Shown one piece after another: positions 1 to 7,076 of a stretch of 39,443 nt of DNA (the stretch's first letter is position 1; every line of letters starts with the position of its first letter). The notes beneath the pieces were generated by a model. It saw only the letters and a program-made list of their open reading frames with translations. It was not told the DNA's origin and did not search any database. Origin of the DNA: a virus. The position numbers and the translations under genes were made by a program. The DNA lies in the UHGV virus genome UHGV-0120658; one strand, given 5' to 3'.

Positions 1-49
1 TTAGCAAGGTTGTGTACATTTGTACACAATTGCAGAGAGAGGAAATGAC

Positions 50-586
50 ATGCGTCGCGCTAACGATCCGCAACGGCGAGAAAAAATTATCCAGGCCACG
101 CTGGAGGCGGTGAAACTTTACGGAATACATGCTGTTACGCACCGCAAAATTGCTACCCTTGCCGGGGTACCGTTGGGATCGATGACCTACTATTTTTCAG
201 GAATTGATGAGTTGTTGCTGGAGGCGTTCAGCAGTTTTACTGAGATTATGTCCCGGCAATATCAGGCATTTTTTAGCGATGTTAGTGATGCTCAAGGCGC
301 ATGCCAGGCTATCACCGATATGATCTACAGCTCACAGGTTGCAACGCCGGATAATATGGAGCTGATGTACCAGCTCTACGCGCTGGCTAGCCGAAAACCG
401 CTATTAAAAACGGTAATGCAAAACTGGATGCAGCGCAGTCAGCAAACGCTCGAACAATGGTTTGAACCCGGAACCGCCCGCGCGCTTGATGCGTTTATTG
501 AGGGGATGACGCTGCATTTTGTCACCGACCGTAAGCCGCTATCGCGCGAGGAGATTTTGAGGATGGTTGAGAGGGTTGCAGGGTAG
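50..586 (+). CDS. rcdA: TetR-family transcriptional regulator RcdA (YbjK); host gene at left prophage flank
   Basis: Translation from ATG at 50 begins [35 protein letters not shown] with an N-terminal TetR-type HTH; recognised as E. coli RcdA/YbjK from memory. The track ORF from 20 is an upstream extension. Confidence 0.85.
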   Translation: MRRANDPQRREKIIQATLEAVKLYGIHAVTHRKIATLAGVPLGSMTYYFSGIDELLLEAFSSFTEIMSRQYQAFFSDVSDAQGACQAITDMIYSSQVATPDNMELMYQLYALASRKPLLKTVMQNWMQRSQQTLEQWFEPGTARALDAFIEGMTLHFVTDRKPLSREEILRMVERVAG

Positions 587-602
587 TAGATAAATTTTAG
601 AT

Positions 603-616
603 AACAAAAAACCCAT
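603..616. repeat. Candidate attL core (14-bp direct repeat, copy 1)
   Basis: aacaaaaaacccat is exactly repeated at 36616-36629; each copy is followed by a different hairpin. Confidence 0.4.
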
Positions 617-635
617 TTATGTAAATGGGTTAATG

Positions 636-669
636 AAAACAATAAGTTAGATTAAAAACAATAAGTTAG
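636..669. repeat. Tandem 15-bp direct repeat aaaacaataagttag x2 (candidate Int arm-type or IHF sites)
   Basis: Perfect copies at 636-650 and 655-669 (19-bp period) lie between the candidate att core and int. Function is inferred. Confidence 0.3.
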
Positions 670-710
670 GTTGGTGGTCAGTGGTGGTTATTACGGGGTA
701 ATGCCAACCG

Positions 711-730
711 CTGCCGCCACTTTGTCGCCA
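711..730. repeat. 20-bp direct repeat copy 1 (alternative attL core, or arm-type site)
   Basis: ctgccgccactttgtcgcca matches ctgccgccaatttgtcgcca at 36541-36560 in 19 of 20 positions. Confidence 0.4.
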
Positions 731-736
731 CTTGTT

Positions 737-1006
737 TTACCTTAAACGCCAGGGGCCTCTATCTTCAATCTGTTCGACTAACCCCTCCTCTTCTAGTTCA
801 CGCAATAGTGCAACAACCCAATATTGTTGGTTCGAACTTGTTGCTTTCCGTTTTTCTCCCCAATCGAGGCCGCTTAGACGAAATACCTCAGCTTGCTTAA
901 CGCCGTTGCCGTTTTTTTGGGCATCTGGGTGAGTTTTAAGTACGGATAAAGCCAATTCTTTGGCTCTGTTGCGCAATTCCGCTCCCTGATGCTGAAACTT
1001 ATTCAT
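737..1006 (-). CDS. Hypothetical 89-aa protein next to the att site
   Basis: ORF co-oriented with int, in GC-normal sequence; family not recognised. Confidence 0.4.
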   Translation of the reverse strand: MNKFQHQGAELRNRAKELALSVLKTHPDAQKNGNGVKQAEVFRLSGLDWGEKRKATSSNQQYWVVALLRELEEEGLVEQIEDRGPWRLR

Positions 1007-1064
1007 TGATAGTGCTCCATGTGAAAAAAAAGAATATTAGCTCAACAGGGCAAAATACGCATTT

Positions 1065-2096
1065 TCAAAAACTTGCTATTGATGTTGGTAGTGTTGCCAG
1101 CGGATTAAACCGTAATGCAGTTTCCAGGTGATCCGGTGCCAGATGTGCGTAACGCATAGTCATTTTTATATCGTGATGCCCGAGAATTTTTTGTAAGGCC
1201 AGGATATTTCCACCCGACATCATGAAGTGCGCCGCAAACGTATGGCGCAGAACGTGTGTCAGTTGACCGCGAGGGAGCACGATAGACGTTTTTTCCATCA
1301 CGGATAAAAATTGAAAATAGCAGTCTGTAAAGAAATTGAACCCATCAAGCGCCATGATCTCTTCGTAAAGCTCTTTACTGATAGGGATGCTTCTGTTTTT
1401 CTTCCCCTTCGTTCTTACAAAGGTAATTCGGTATTTGGTCACCTGTGAGCGGGTAAGATTTACGGCTTCACGCCAACGTGCGCCTGTGCTTAAGCATATC
1501 TTAACTACCAGTGCCAGAATTGGGTCCTGACGTTTGCAATCAGCCAGCAATTCAACAATCTGCTCATGGGTAAGCCATGCCATCTCTTTTTCTGCGATGG
1601 TGAATTTTCGCATGTTCTCCAGTGGGTTTGGATACGACCATTCGCCCAGGCGGGATAGTTCGCTAAAAACACTACTTAGATAGCTTTGCTCCAGGTTAAT
1701 GGTGACCGGGCTGGCTCCTTTCTTCCATTTCTCGCTGAAGTAGATCTCACCTGTCAGGCGTTTATCTCGATAGTGGGCAAACATTTTAGAGGTGAGATTG
1801 GTTGCAAGAGGATTGCCTAGAGCGTCAACCATCAGCAGCAATTTGTCATAGACATGCTGCCCAGCAGTCAGAGATTTACCATGTAATTTGAACCATAGCT
1901 CAACCACGTCTTTCAGGGTTCGACGATCCACTGATTCGCCCAGCCAGGGCTTTGATTCGGTTTCTTCCATCGTGTGACGCTCAAAAGCCAGTGCTTCGCC
2001 TTTGGTGGCGAATTGTTTACGCACACGACGCCCACTACGTCCGGCGGGGTAACATTCGCAAAGCCATTTTCCTGTGGTGAGTTTTCGTACTGCCAT
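1065..2096 (-). CDS. int: Tyrosine integrase (P2 Int-like)
   Basis: N-terminus MAVRKLTTGKW aligns with remembered P2 Int MAIKKLDDG; C-terminal catalytic signature LRHTFA...GHHDIKMTMRYAHL (R, H-x-x-R, Y). Start chosen at the ATG at 2094-2096, with GAGGG RBS 8 nt upstream on the minus strand. Confidence 0.9.
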   Translation of the reverse strand: MAVRKLTTGKWLCECYPAGRSGRRVRKQFATKGEALAFERHTMEETESKPWLGESVDRRTLKDVVELWFKLHGKSLTAGQHVYDKLLLMVDALGNPLATNLTSKMFAHYRDKRLTGEIYFSEKWKKGASPVTINLEQSYLSSVFSELSRLGEWSYPNPLENMRKFTIAEKEMAWLTHEQIVELLADCKRQDPILALVVKICLSTGARWREAVNLTRSQVTKYRITFVRTKGKKNRSIPISKELYEEIMALDGFNFFTDCYFQFLSVMEKTSIVLPRGQLTHVLRHTFAAHFMMSGGNILALQKILGHHDIKMTMRYAHLAPDHLETALRFNPLATLPTSIASF

Positions 2097-2122
2097 AAAA
2101 AAAGCCCTCATATCAGAGGGCT
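2097..2122 (-). terminator. Hairpin plus U-run just upstream of the int start (candidate terminator for the repressor-orf314 transcript)
   Basis: Stem agccctc (2103-2109) pairs with gagggct (2116-2122), 6-nt loop; on the minus strand it is followed by TTTTTT (2097-2102). Confidence 0.4.
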
Positions 2123-2124
2123 AA

Positions 2125-2153
2125 ATTTAACTGTATATAAAAACAGTATTCAA
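2125..2153 (-). promoter_or_regulatory. Candidate sigma70 promoter for int with a LexA box filling the spacer
   Basis: Minus strand reads TTGAAT (2153-2148), 17-nt spacer, TTAAAT (2130-2125). The spacer 2131-2146 is CTGTatataaaaACAG on the plus strand (CTGT-N8-ACAG). Confidence 0.45.
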
Positions 2154-2187
2154 TGTATTTTTTACTTAGGAGCATACATGTTCATGA

Positions 2188-3132
2188 TTAATCTGTTTCT
2201 TTATCACTTCCAGTTACTTTAACTTTGTCTTTGATTGTATTCACAAATGACGCAAAGCTCGGTGGTTGCTCTGTCTGACCTGAAAATGCAGAGTCACCTG
2301 AAATATTCCAATCCTTAAAGACTTCTATTGCATCCTCTTTAGTTGCTGTAGAACCGTATATCTGCAAAAAAACTTGACCAAACATCAAAGCATGTCGACG
2401 ATCTTTTCGCCTGATCGATTCATGTGTGTACTTTTTTGAGTTACTAAGGCAGATATATGATAGCCATGAAAGAATGGCGATTCCAACTAATCCTCGCGTG
2501 AAGATATATATTAACTGAAGGTTAGTGAGATTTTTTAAATCTAAGTTCATGTATAATGTAAAAAAAGCAGATACTACCGCAAGGAAGCCAAAAAATACCC
2601 CAGCAATAGACCAGATAATAGACATCAATATAAAATGTTTGTCATCACTAGCAAGATCTGATTTAACATCGTTAACATAGGTAGGGATTTTTTCATCGAT
2701 TCTTTGTTGCTGTACTTGGCTACGGAGTTCCTTATTTTCACTAATCAATGAATTAACTTGTTTTACATTTTTTTCGATTATTGCGTTTTTTCTATTAATA
2801 TCCTGAGTATAATGCTCTAACTGTAGAGTTAATATGCTGTTTCGTTCTTCTAATTGTATTATATGTTCTACATAATTATTAGGTTCAAGTGATTTTACAT
2901 TTTTTCTTTTATTAGTTTCATTTTCATTTATATTGGGTTCTTCATCCATCGCTGGCCTAGTTATGTATTTTTCAATTAGTGCTAGGTTATTATGAGCTTC
3001 AGAAAACTCTCCTGCTTCTATTAAGTTTTTTATATGAGAGTAGAAGTGTTTTGCTATATTTTCAGACTGTGAATCAAGAAAGTCTAATAGGTGTTTTTTT
3101 ATTTCGCTATCTTTATTGGTTGGTTCAGTCAT
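2188..3132 (-). CDS. Hypothetical 314-aa coiled-coil membrane protein (two predicted TM helices); cargo in the lysogenic operon
   Basis: AT-rich ORF between repressor and int on the same strand. Heptad-rich N-terminal half, two hydrophobic helices (ILMSIIWSIAGVFFGFLAVVSAFFTLYM and LQLIYIFTRGLVGIAILSWLSYICL, about 2446-2631), soluble C-terminus. Start codon 12 nt after the repressor stop. Confidence 0.6.
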   Translation of the reverse strand: MTEPTNKDSEIKKHLLDFLDSQSENIAKHFYSHIKNLIEAGEFSEAHNNLALIEKYITRPAMDEEPNINENETNKRKNVKSLEPNNYVEHIIQLEERNSILTLQLEHYTQDINRKNAIIEKNVKQVNSLISENKELRSQVQQQRIDEKIPTYVNDVKSDLASDDKHFILMSIIWSIAGVFFGFLAVVSAFFTLYMNLDLKNLTNLQLIYIFTRGLVGIAILSWLSYICLSNSKKYTHESIRRKDRRHALMFGQVFLQIYGSTATKEDAIEVFKDWNISGDSAFSGQTEQPPSFASFVNTIKDKVKVTGSDKETD

Positions 3133-3143
3133 GATGTTTCTCT

Positions 3144-4079
3144 TTATATATTTTTAGTAAAAACTCTTTTACATTTTGCCAAAACGATAATGTCAGTAAG
3201 TAAGCATTCAAAACTTGTGTTAGTGCCTACAACTTTAACCATACCAACGGGTATGCGAGTCAAATCTTTGATGCTTATTTTCCCTTCAATATTCACAAGC
3301 CACTTGCCATCAGTAACTTCATTAAATTTTGATTCTACAATATATATTTCCTCATCAATGAATACTGCTAAAGGTTGCAGAAAGGTTCCTTCTAACAACT
3401 TAGAGTCAAAAGTCAAGACGGTTTCTTGAGCAAGAGATCCATCAATTATTTTATGATATGGGATAGTGATAGTATTGATTCGAGGCTTTTCAAACATTGC
3501 CCCGTTACCAGTGGTTAGCCATGTTAATGAAGCACCAGTTTCCAGTGAGCATTGAATAATCCAGTCAGCAGGAAAGGTATCTCTCATGTAACGATTGGCT
3601 AATGTACTTTTTGATACACCAATATGATCAGCTAAAGCTTGTCTTGTCTTAAATCCATAAGCCAAAACGATTCGCTCTATTGCTGCTTTTCCGCCTTGGT
3701 TAATAGTAAAAAAGTTCTCATTTTGGATGTCTTGTTCTCTATTGAGATGTTGATGCTTGCTGTCACAATTGTTGTGACTTTTTTCTGCATTATTTGTAAT
3801 GCTTCCCTTCTCGGTATCAGTGCCAAATGCCAACCACTCGACCGGCACTCCAGTCTCCATGCTACAGATAACAACCCAATCAGCAGGGAAAGTGTCACGG
3901 GCATACCTGTTCGCCATTGTACTTTGCGATATACCTAGGTGATTACAGAATGCTTGTCGGGAAGAAAAACCATAGGCTTTCAGTATCCGATCTATAACCG
4001 ATTGCCCTCCGCGATTCTGCATGATTAAGGATTTCTTTTTTTCGTCCACATGGCGAAATGTGATTTCGTGTGTTGACAT
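3144..4079 (-). CDS. Prophage immunity repressor with two tandem CI-type HTH domains and a C-terminal beta-rich domain
   Basis: Residues about 24-86 and 129-191 are about 59% identical repeats (AYGF..RQA...G.S.ST.ANRY.RDTFPADW...CS.ETG...WL..G), resembling the phage CI N-terminal HTH. Divergent from the Apl-like gene across the 4080-4167 intergenic region. Confidence 0.7.
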   Translation of the reverse strand: MSTHEITFRHVDEKKKSLIMQNRGGQSVIDRILKAYGFSSRQAFCNHLGISQSTMANRYARDTFPADWVVICSMETGVPVEWLAFGTDTEKGSITNNAEKSHNNCDSKHQHLNREQDIQNENFFTINQGGKAAIERIVLAYGFKTRQALADHIGVSKSTLANRYMRDTFPADWIIQCSLETGASLTWLTTGNGAMFEKPRINTITIPYHKIIDGSLAQETVLTFDSKLLEGTFLQPLAVFIDEEIYIVESKFNEVTDGKWLVNIEGKISIKDLTRIPVGMVKVVGTNTSFECLLTDIIVLAKCKRVFTKNI

Positions 4080-4167
4080 AACCGATTTGTGATCCTATTC
4101 TCCGAAATGTGAAGTTGAAGCCACGATTAAAACTGACTCACCACAAGCCAATAGGAGATGTTGCATC
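4080..4167. promoter_or_regulatory. Divergent switch region (lytic and lysogenic promoters and operators expected)
   Basis: Intergenic region between the divergently transcribed repressor and Apl-like gene; contains TGTGA-type motifs. No operator or promoter was resolved. Confidence 0.3.
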
Positions 4168-4389
4168 ATGACCCCTAACATTTCAATAACCCTGAATACG
4201 CCACATGTCACAATTGAGCGTTATAGCGAACTTACTGGTCTTTCAATCGACACAATTAACGATATGCTGGCTGACGGTCGCATCCCTCGGCATCGCCTTC
4301 GGAAAGACAAGAAAAGAGAAAAGGTGATGATCAACCTTGCTGCTCTTACCGTTGATGCACTTACTGATTGCAATGTTGTATTCAACTAG
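4168..4389 (+). CDS. Apl/Cox-like excisionase-type HTH protein
   Basis: 73-aa ORF, first in the rightward early operon, with HTH-like segment [25 protein letters not shown]; AGGAG RBS upstream. Confidence 0.6.
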
Positions 4390-4421
4390 TTCCATTTTGG
4401 GATACATCAGGGGTGTCGACC

Positions 4422-4931
4422 ATGTTTGATTACCAAGTTTCCAAACATCCACATTTTGATGAAGCCTGTCGTGCATTCGCATTGCGCCACAACCTGGTGC
4501 AACTGGCAGAACGTGCTGGCATGAATGTGCAGATTCTGCGGAACAAGCTGAACCCAGCTCAACCTCATTTATTAACCGCACCAGAAATCTGGCTGCTTAC
4601 CGATCTGACTGAAGATTCAACGCTGGTAGATGGTTTTTTGGCACAGATTCATTGTCTGCCATGTGTACCGATTAATGAGGTGGCAAAAGAGAAACTGCCA
4701 CATTACGTCATGAGTGCAACCGCAGAGATCGGGCGTGTTGCTGCAGGTGCGGTATCTGGCGATGTAAAAACCAGTGCAGGTCGTCGTGATGCCATCAGCA
4801 GCATTAACTCTGTAACACGACTGATGGCACTGGCTGCTGTTTCATTGCAGGCCCGTTTACAGGCTAACCCTGCGATGGCGAGTGCAGTTGATACCGTAAC
4901 TGGCCTCGGTGCTTCATTCGGTTTGCTGTGA
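4422..4931 (+). CDS. cII: CII-like lysogeny-establishment activator (coliphage 186 CII homolog)
   Basis: 169-aa product starting [45 protein letters not shown]; recognised from memory as very similar to 186 CII. Start ATG at 4422. Confidence 0.75.
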
Positions 4932-4938
4932 GGTGCTT

Positions 4939-5235
4939 ATGCTGACGAAAGAACCATCATTTGCATCGCTGCTGGTAAAACAAAGCCCGGCAATGCACTA
5001 CGGTCACGGCTGGATCATGGGTGAGGATGGTAAACGCTGGCATCCATGTCATTCACAAGATGAATTGCTGTCTGAATTGACCACGAGGAAACGGAGAAAG
5101 TCAAAATGTATGCAGCGGAAAGTGAAGTGGTTTATCAGTTTCGTTACAGAGGGGAAAGTTATTCAGTACCTGAAGATGATTTGCTCTGTTGTTATCCGTC
5201 GTTGTCGGGCGATGGCAGTTACTTTTTCACGCTAA
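4939..5235 (+). CDS. Hypothetical early protein (ORF possibly extended by a frame problem)
   Basis: ATG at 4939 with GAGGTG RBS. The first ~55 aa look protein-like; the C-terminal part overlaps the next ORF in another frame and looks low-complexity. Confidence 0.3.
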   Translation: MLTKEPSFASLLVKQSPAMHYGHGWIMGEDGKRWHPCHSQDELLSELTTRKRRKSKCMQRKVKWFISFVTEGKVIQYLKMICSVVIRRCRAMAVTFSR

Positions 5236-5330
5236 GGGATGGGACGTTTTTACGGGGAGAGCAGGTTAAAGAAACGATACGAAAAAATGTATCTCCTCTT
5301 GAACGTTACCGTAAGAACAAAGAACGATAG
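5106..5330 (+). CDS. Hypothetical early protein (74 aa)
   Basis: ATG at 5106 with GGAG RBS 8 nt upstream; overlaps the previous ORF out of frame. Confidence 0.45.
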   Translation: MYAAESEVVYQFRYRGESYSVPEDDLLCCYPSLSGDGSYFFTLRDGTFLRGEQVKETIRKNVSPLERYRKNKER

Positions 5331-5352
5331 TTGCGTTTTGGGGATATGAATT

Positions 5353-5694
5353 ATGGCAATTAATGGCGCTGCGGCGACTGTTCCATTAAGCCCCGGTGAA
5401 CGCCTGAATGGACTTAATCACATTGCGGAGTTAAGGGCGAAAGTATTTGGCCTGAATATTGAGTCAGAGCTTGAGCGGTTTATTAAAGATATGCGTGATC
5501 CACGGGATATCAATAACGAACAAAATAAACGAGCACTGGCTGCCATATTCTTTATGGCAAAAATTCCAGCTGAACGTCATAGCATCAGCATTAATGAGCT
5601 GACCACTGACGAAAAGCGGGAGTTGATTAAAGCAATGAATCATTTTCGTGCAGTGGTGAGCTTATTTCCCAGACGGCTAACCATGCCGAATTAA
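5353..5694 (+). CDS. Hypothetical early protein (113 aa)
   Basis: ORF in the early operon; no recognised motif. Confidence 0.5.
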   Translation: MAINGAAATVPLSPGERLNGLNHIAELRAKVFGLNIESELERFIKDMRDPRDINNEQNKRALAAIFFMAKIPAERHSISINELTTDEKRELIKAMNHFRAVVSLFPRRLTMPN

Positions 5695-5761
5695 CCAATA
5701 AATAAAATTCATGGCGTAAACCCGCCGGGCATCCCTTTATCTAAATTCAGGAGAATTGATT

Positions 5762-5995
5762 ATGCGTAATATTGAAACCCTCACGACTAAAACCGGACCG
5801 GATGATGCAGGTCTTAATCTTTTACTGACAGAGGCCCGACTTGAAGAACGTCGGGCAAGGGCTGAGGCAATGGCTGCCCGCCTTGATAGCCTGGCGTGTC
5901 ATATCACATCCCGCCAGCTAAACCACGTCGAAGCAGCAGAACTGCTGCGTGTGACCGCTGAAGCAATCCAGAACGAAGCGCAGGAGATCCACTAA
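5762..5995 (+). CDS. Hypothetical early protein (77 aa)
   Basis: ATG at 5762 preceded by CAGGAGAA RBS; its stop overlaps the start of the TraR-like gene. Confidence 0.5.
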   Translation: MRNIETLTTKTGPDDAGLNLLLTEARLEERRARAEAMAARLDSLACHITSRQLNHVEAAELLRVTAEAIQNEAQEIH

Positions 5996-6222
5996 TGGCT
6001 GATGCAATGGATCTCGTACAGCAGCGCGTTGAAGAAGAACGCCAGCGCCATATCCGTGCTGCCCGTGCCAAAACACCGGGCGTGTCTCGCGTGCTTTGCA
6101 TTGAATGTGAAGCACCAATTCCGCCAGCACGCCGCCGTGCCATTCCTGGAGTGCAGCTTTGCATTACCTGTCAGGAAATCGCAGAGCTGAAAGGCAAACA
6201 TTACAACGGAGGTGCTGTATGA
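5995..6222 (+). CDS. TraR/DksA-family C4 zinc-finger protein
   Basis: CIECEAPIPPARRRAIPGVQLCITCQ gives a CxxC-N17-CxxC finger; position matches the small zinc-finger ORF upstream of A in P2-like phages. Confidence 0.75.
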   Translation: MADAMDLVQQRVEEERQRHIRAARAKTPGVSRVLCIECEAPIPPARRRAIPGVQLCITCQEIAELKGKHYNGGAV

Positions 6223-7076
6223 GCACCATCCTGAAATGGGCGGGAAATAAAACCGCAATTATGTCCGAACTGAAAAAATACCTACCTGCTGGCCCGCGAC
6301 TGGTTGAACCTTTCGCGGGTTCCTGTGCTGTGATGATGGAGACGGATTACCCCAGCTATCTGGTTGCGGATATTAATCCTGATTTAATCAACCTCTATAA
6401 AAAGATTGCCGCTGATTGCGAGGCGTTTATATCGCGGACCAGAACTTTGTTTGAGGAAGCAAACAGTGACCTAGCTTATTACAACATAAGGCAGGAGTTT
6501 AATTACTCAACTGAAATTACTGATTTCATGAAAGCGATATATTTCCTGTATCTCAATCGTCATGGTTACCGTGGGTTATGTCGCTATAACAAGAGCGGGC
6601 ATTTCAACATTCCCTACGGTAATTATAAAAATCCGTATTTCCCTGAAAAAGAAATTCGCGCATTTGCAGAAAAAGCCCAGCGGGCAACGTTTATCTGCGC
6701 CAGCTTTGATGAAACGCTGGCGATGTTGAAGGCGGGGGATGTGGTGTATTGCGATCCGCCGTATGACGGCACGTTTTCCGGTTATCACACTGACGGCTTC
6801 ACTGAAGATGACCAGTATCACCTGGCATCCGTTCTTGAATATCGATCATCAGAAGGTCATCCGGTCATTGTTTCTAACAGTGACACATCCCTGATCCGTT
6901 CGCTGTATCGCAATTTCACTCACCACTACATCAAGGCAAAACGCAGCATCGGCGTGTCAGCTGGCGAGAGTAAATCTGCAACAGAAATCATTGCTGTTTC
7001 CGGGTCGCGCTGCTGGATGGGATTTGATCCTTCGCGTGGCGTGGATAGTTCTGCTGTGTACGAGGTGCGTGTATGA
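6219..7076 (+). CDS. dam: DNA adenine methyltransferase (Dam-like, N6-A MTase)
   Basis: N-terminal LKWAGNK and AdoMet motif EPFAGSCAV, catalytic DPPY (VYCDPPYDG). ATGA overlap with the TraR-like gene at the start and with gene A at the end. Confidence 0.85.
   Translation: MSTILKWAGNKTAIMSELKKYLPAGPRLVEPFAGSCAVMMETDYPSYLVADINPDLINLYKKIAADCEAFISRTRTLFEEANSDLAYYNIRQEFNYSTEITDFMKAIYFLYLNRHGYRGLCRYNKSGHFNIPYGNYKNPYFPEKEIRAFAEKAQRATFICASFDETLAMLKAGDVVYCDPPYDGTFSGYHTDGFTEDDQYHLASVLEYRSSEGHPVIVSNSDTSLIRSLYRNFTHHYIKAKRSIGVSAGESKSATEIIAVSGSRCWMGFDPSRGVDSSAVYEVRV

Noticed and set aside
20-49. Upstream extension of rcdA (track start at 20)
   Set aside because: RcdA is remembered to begin [12 protein letters not shown], so the ATG at 50 is the start.
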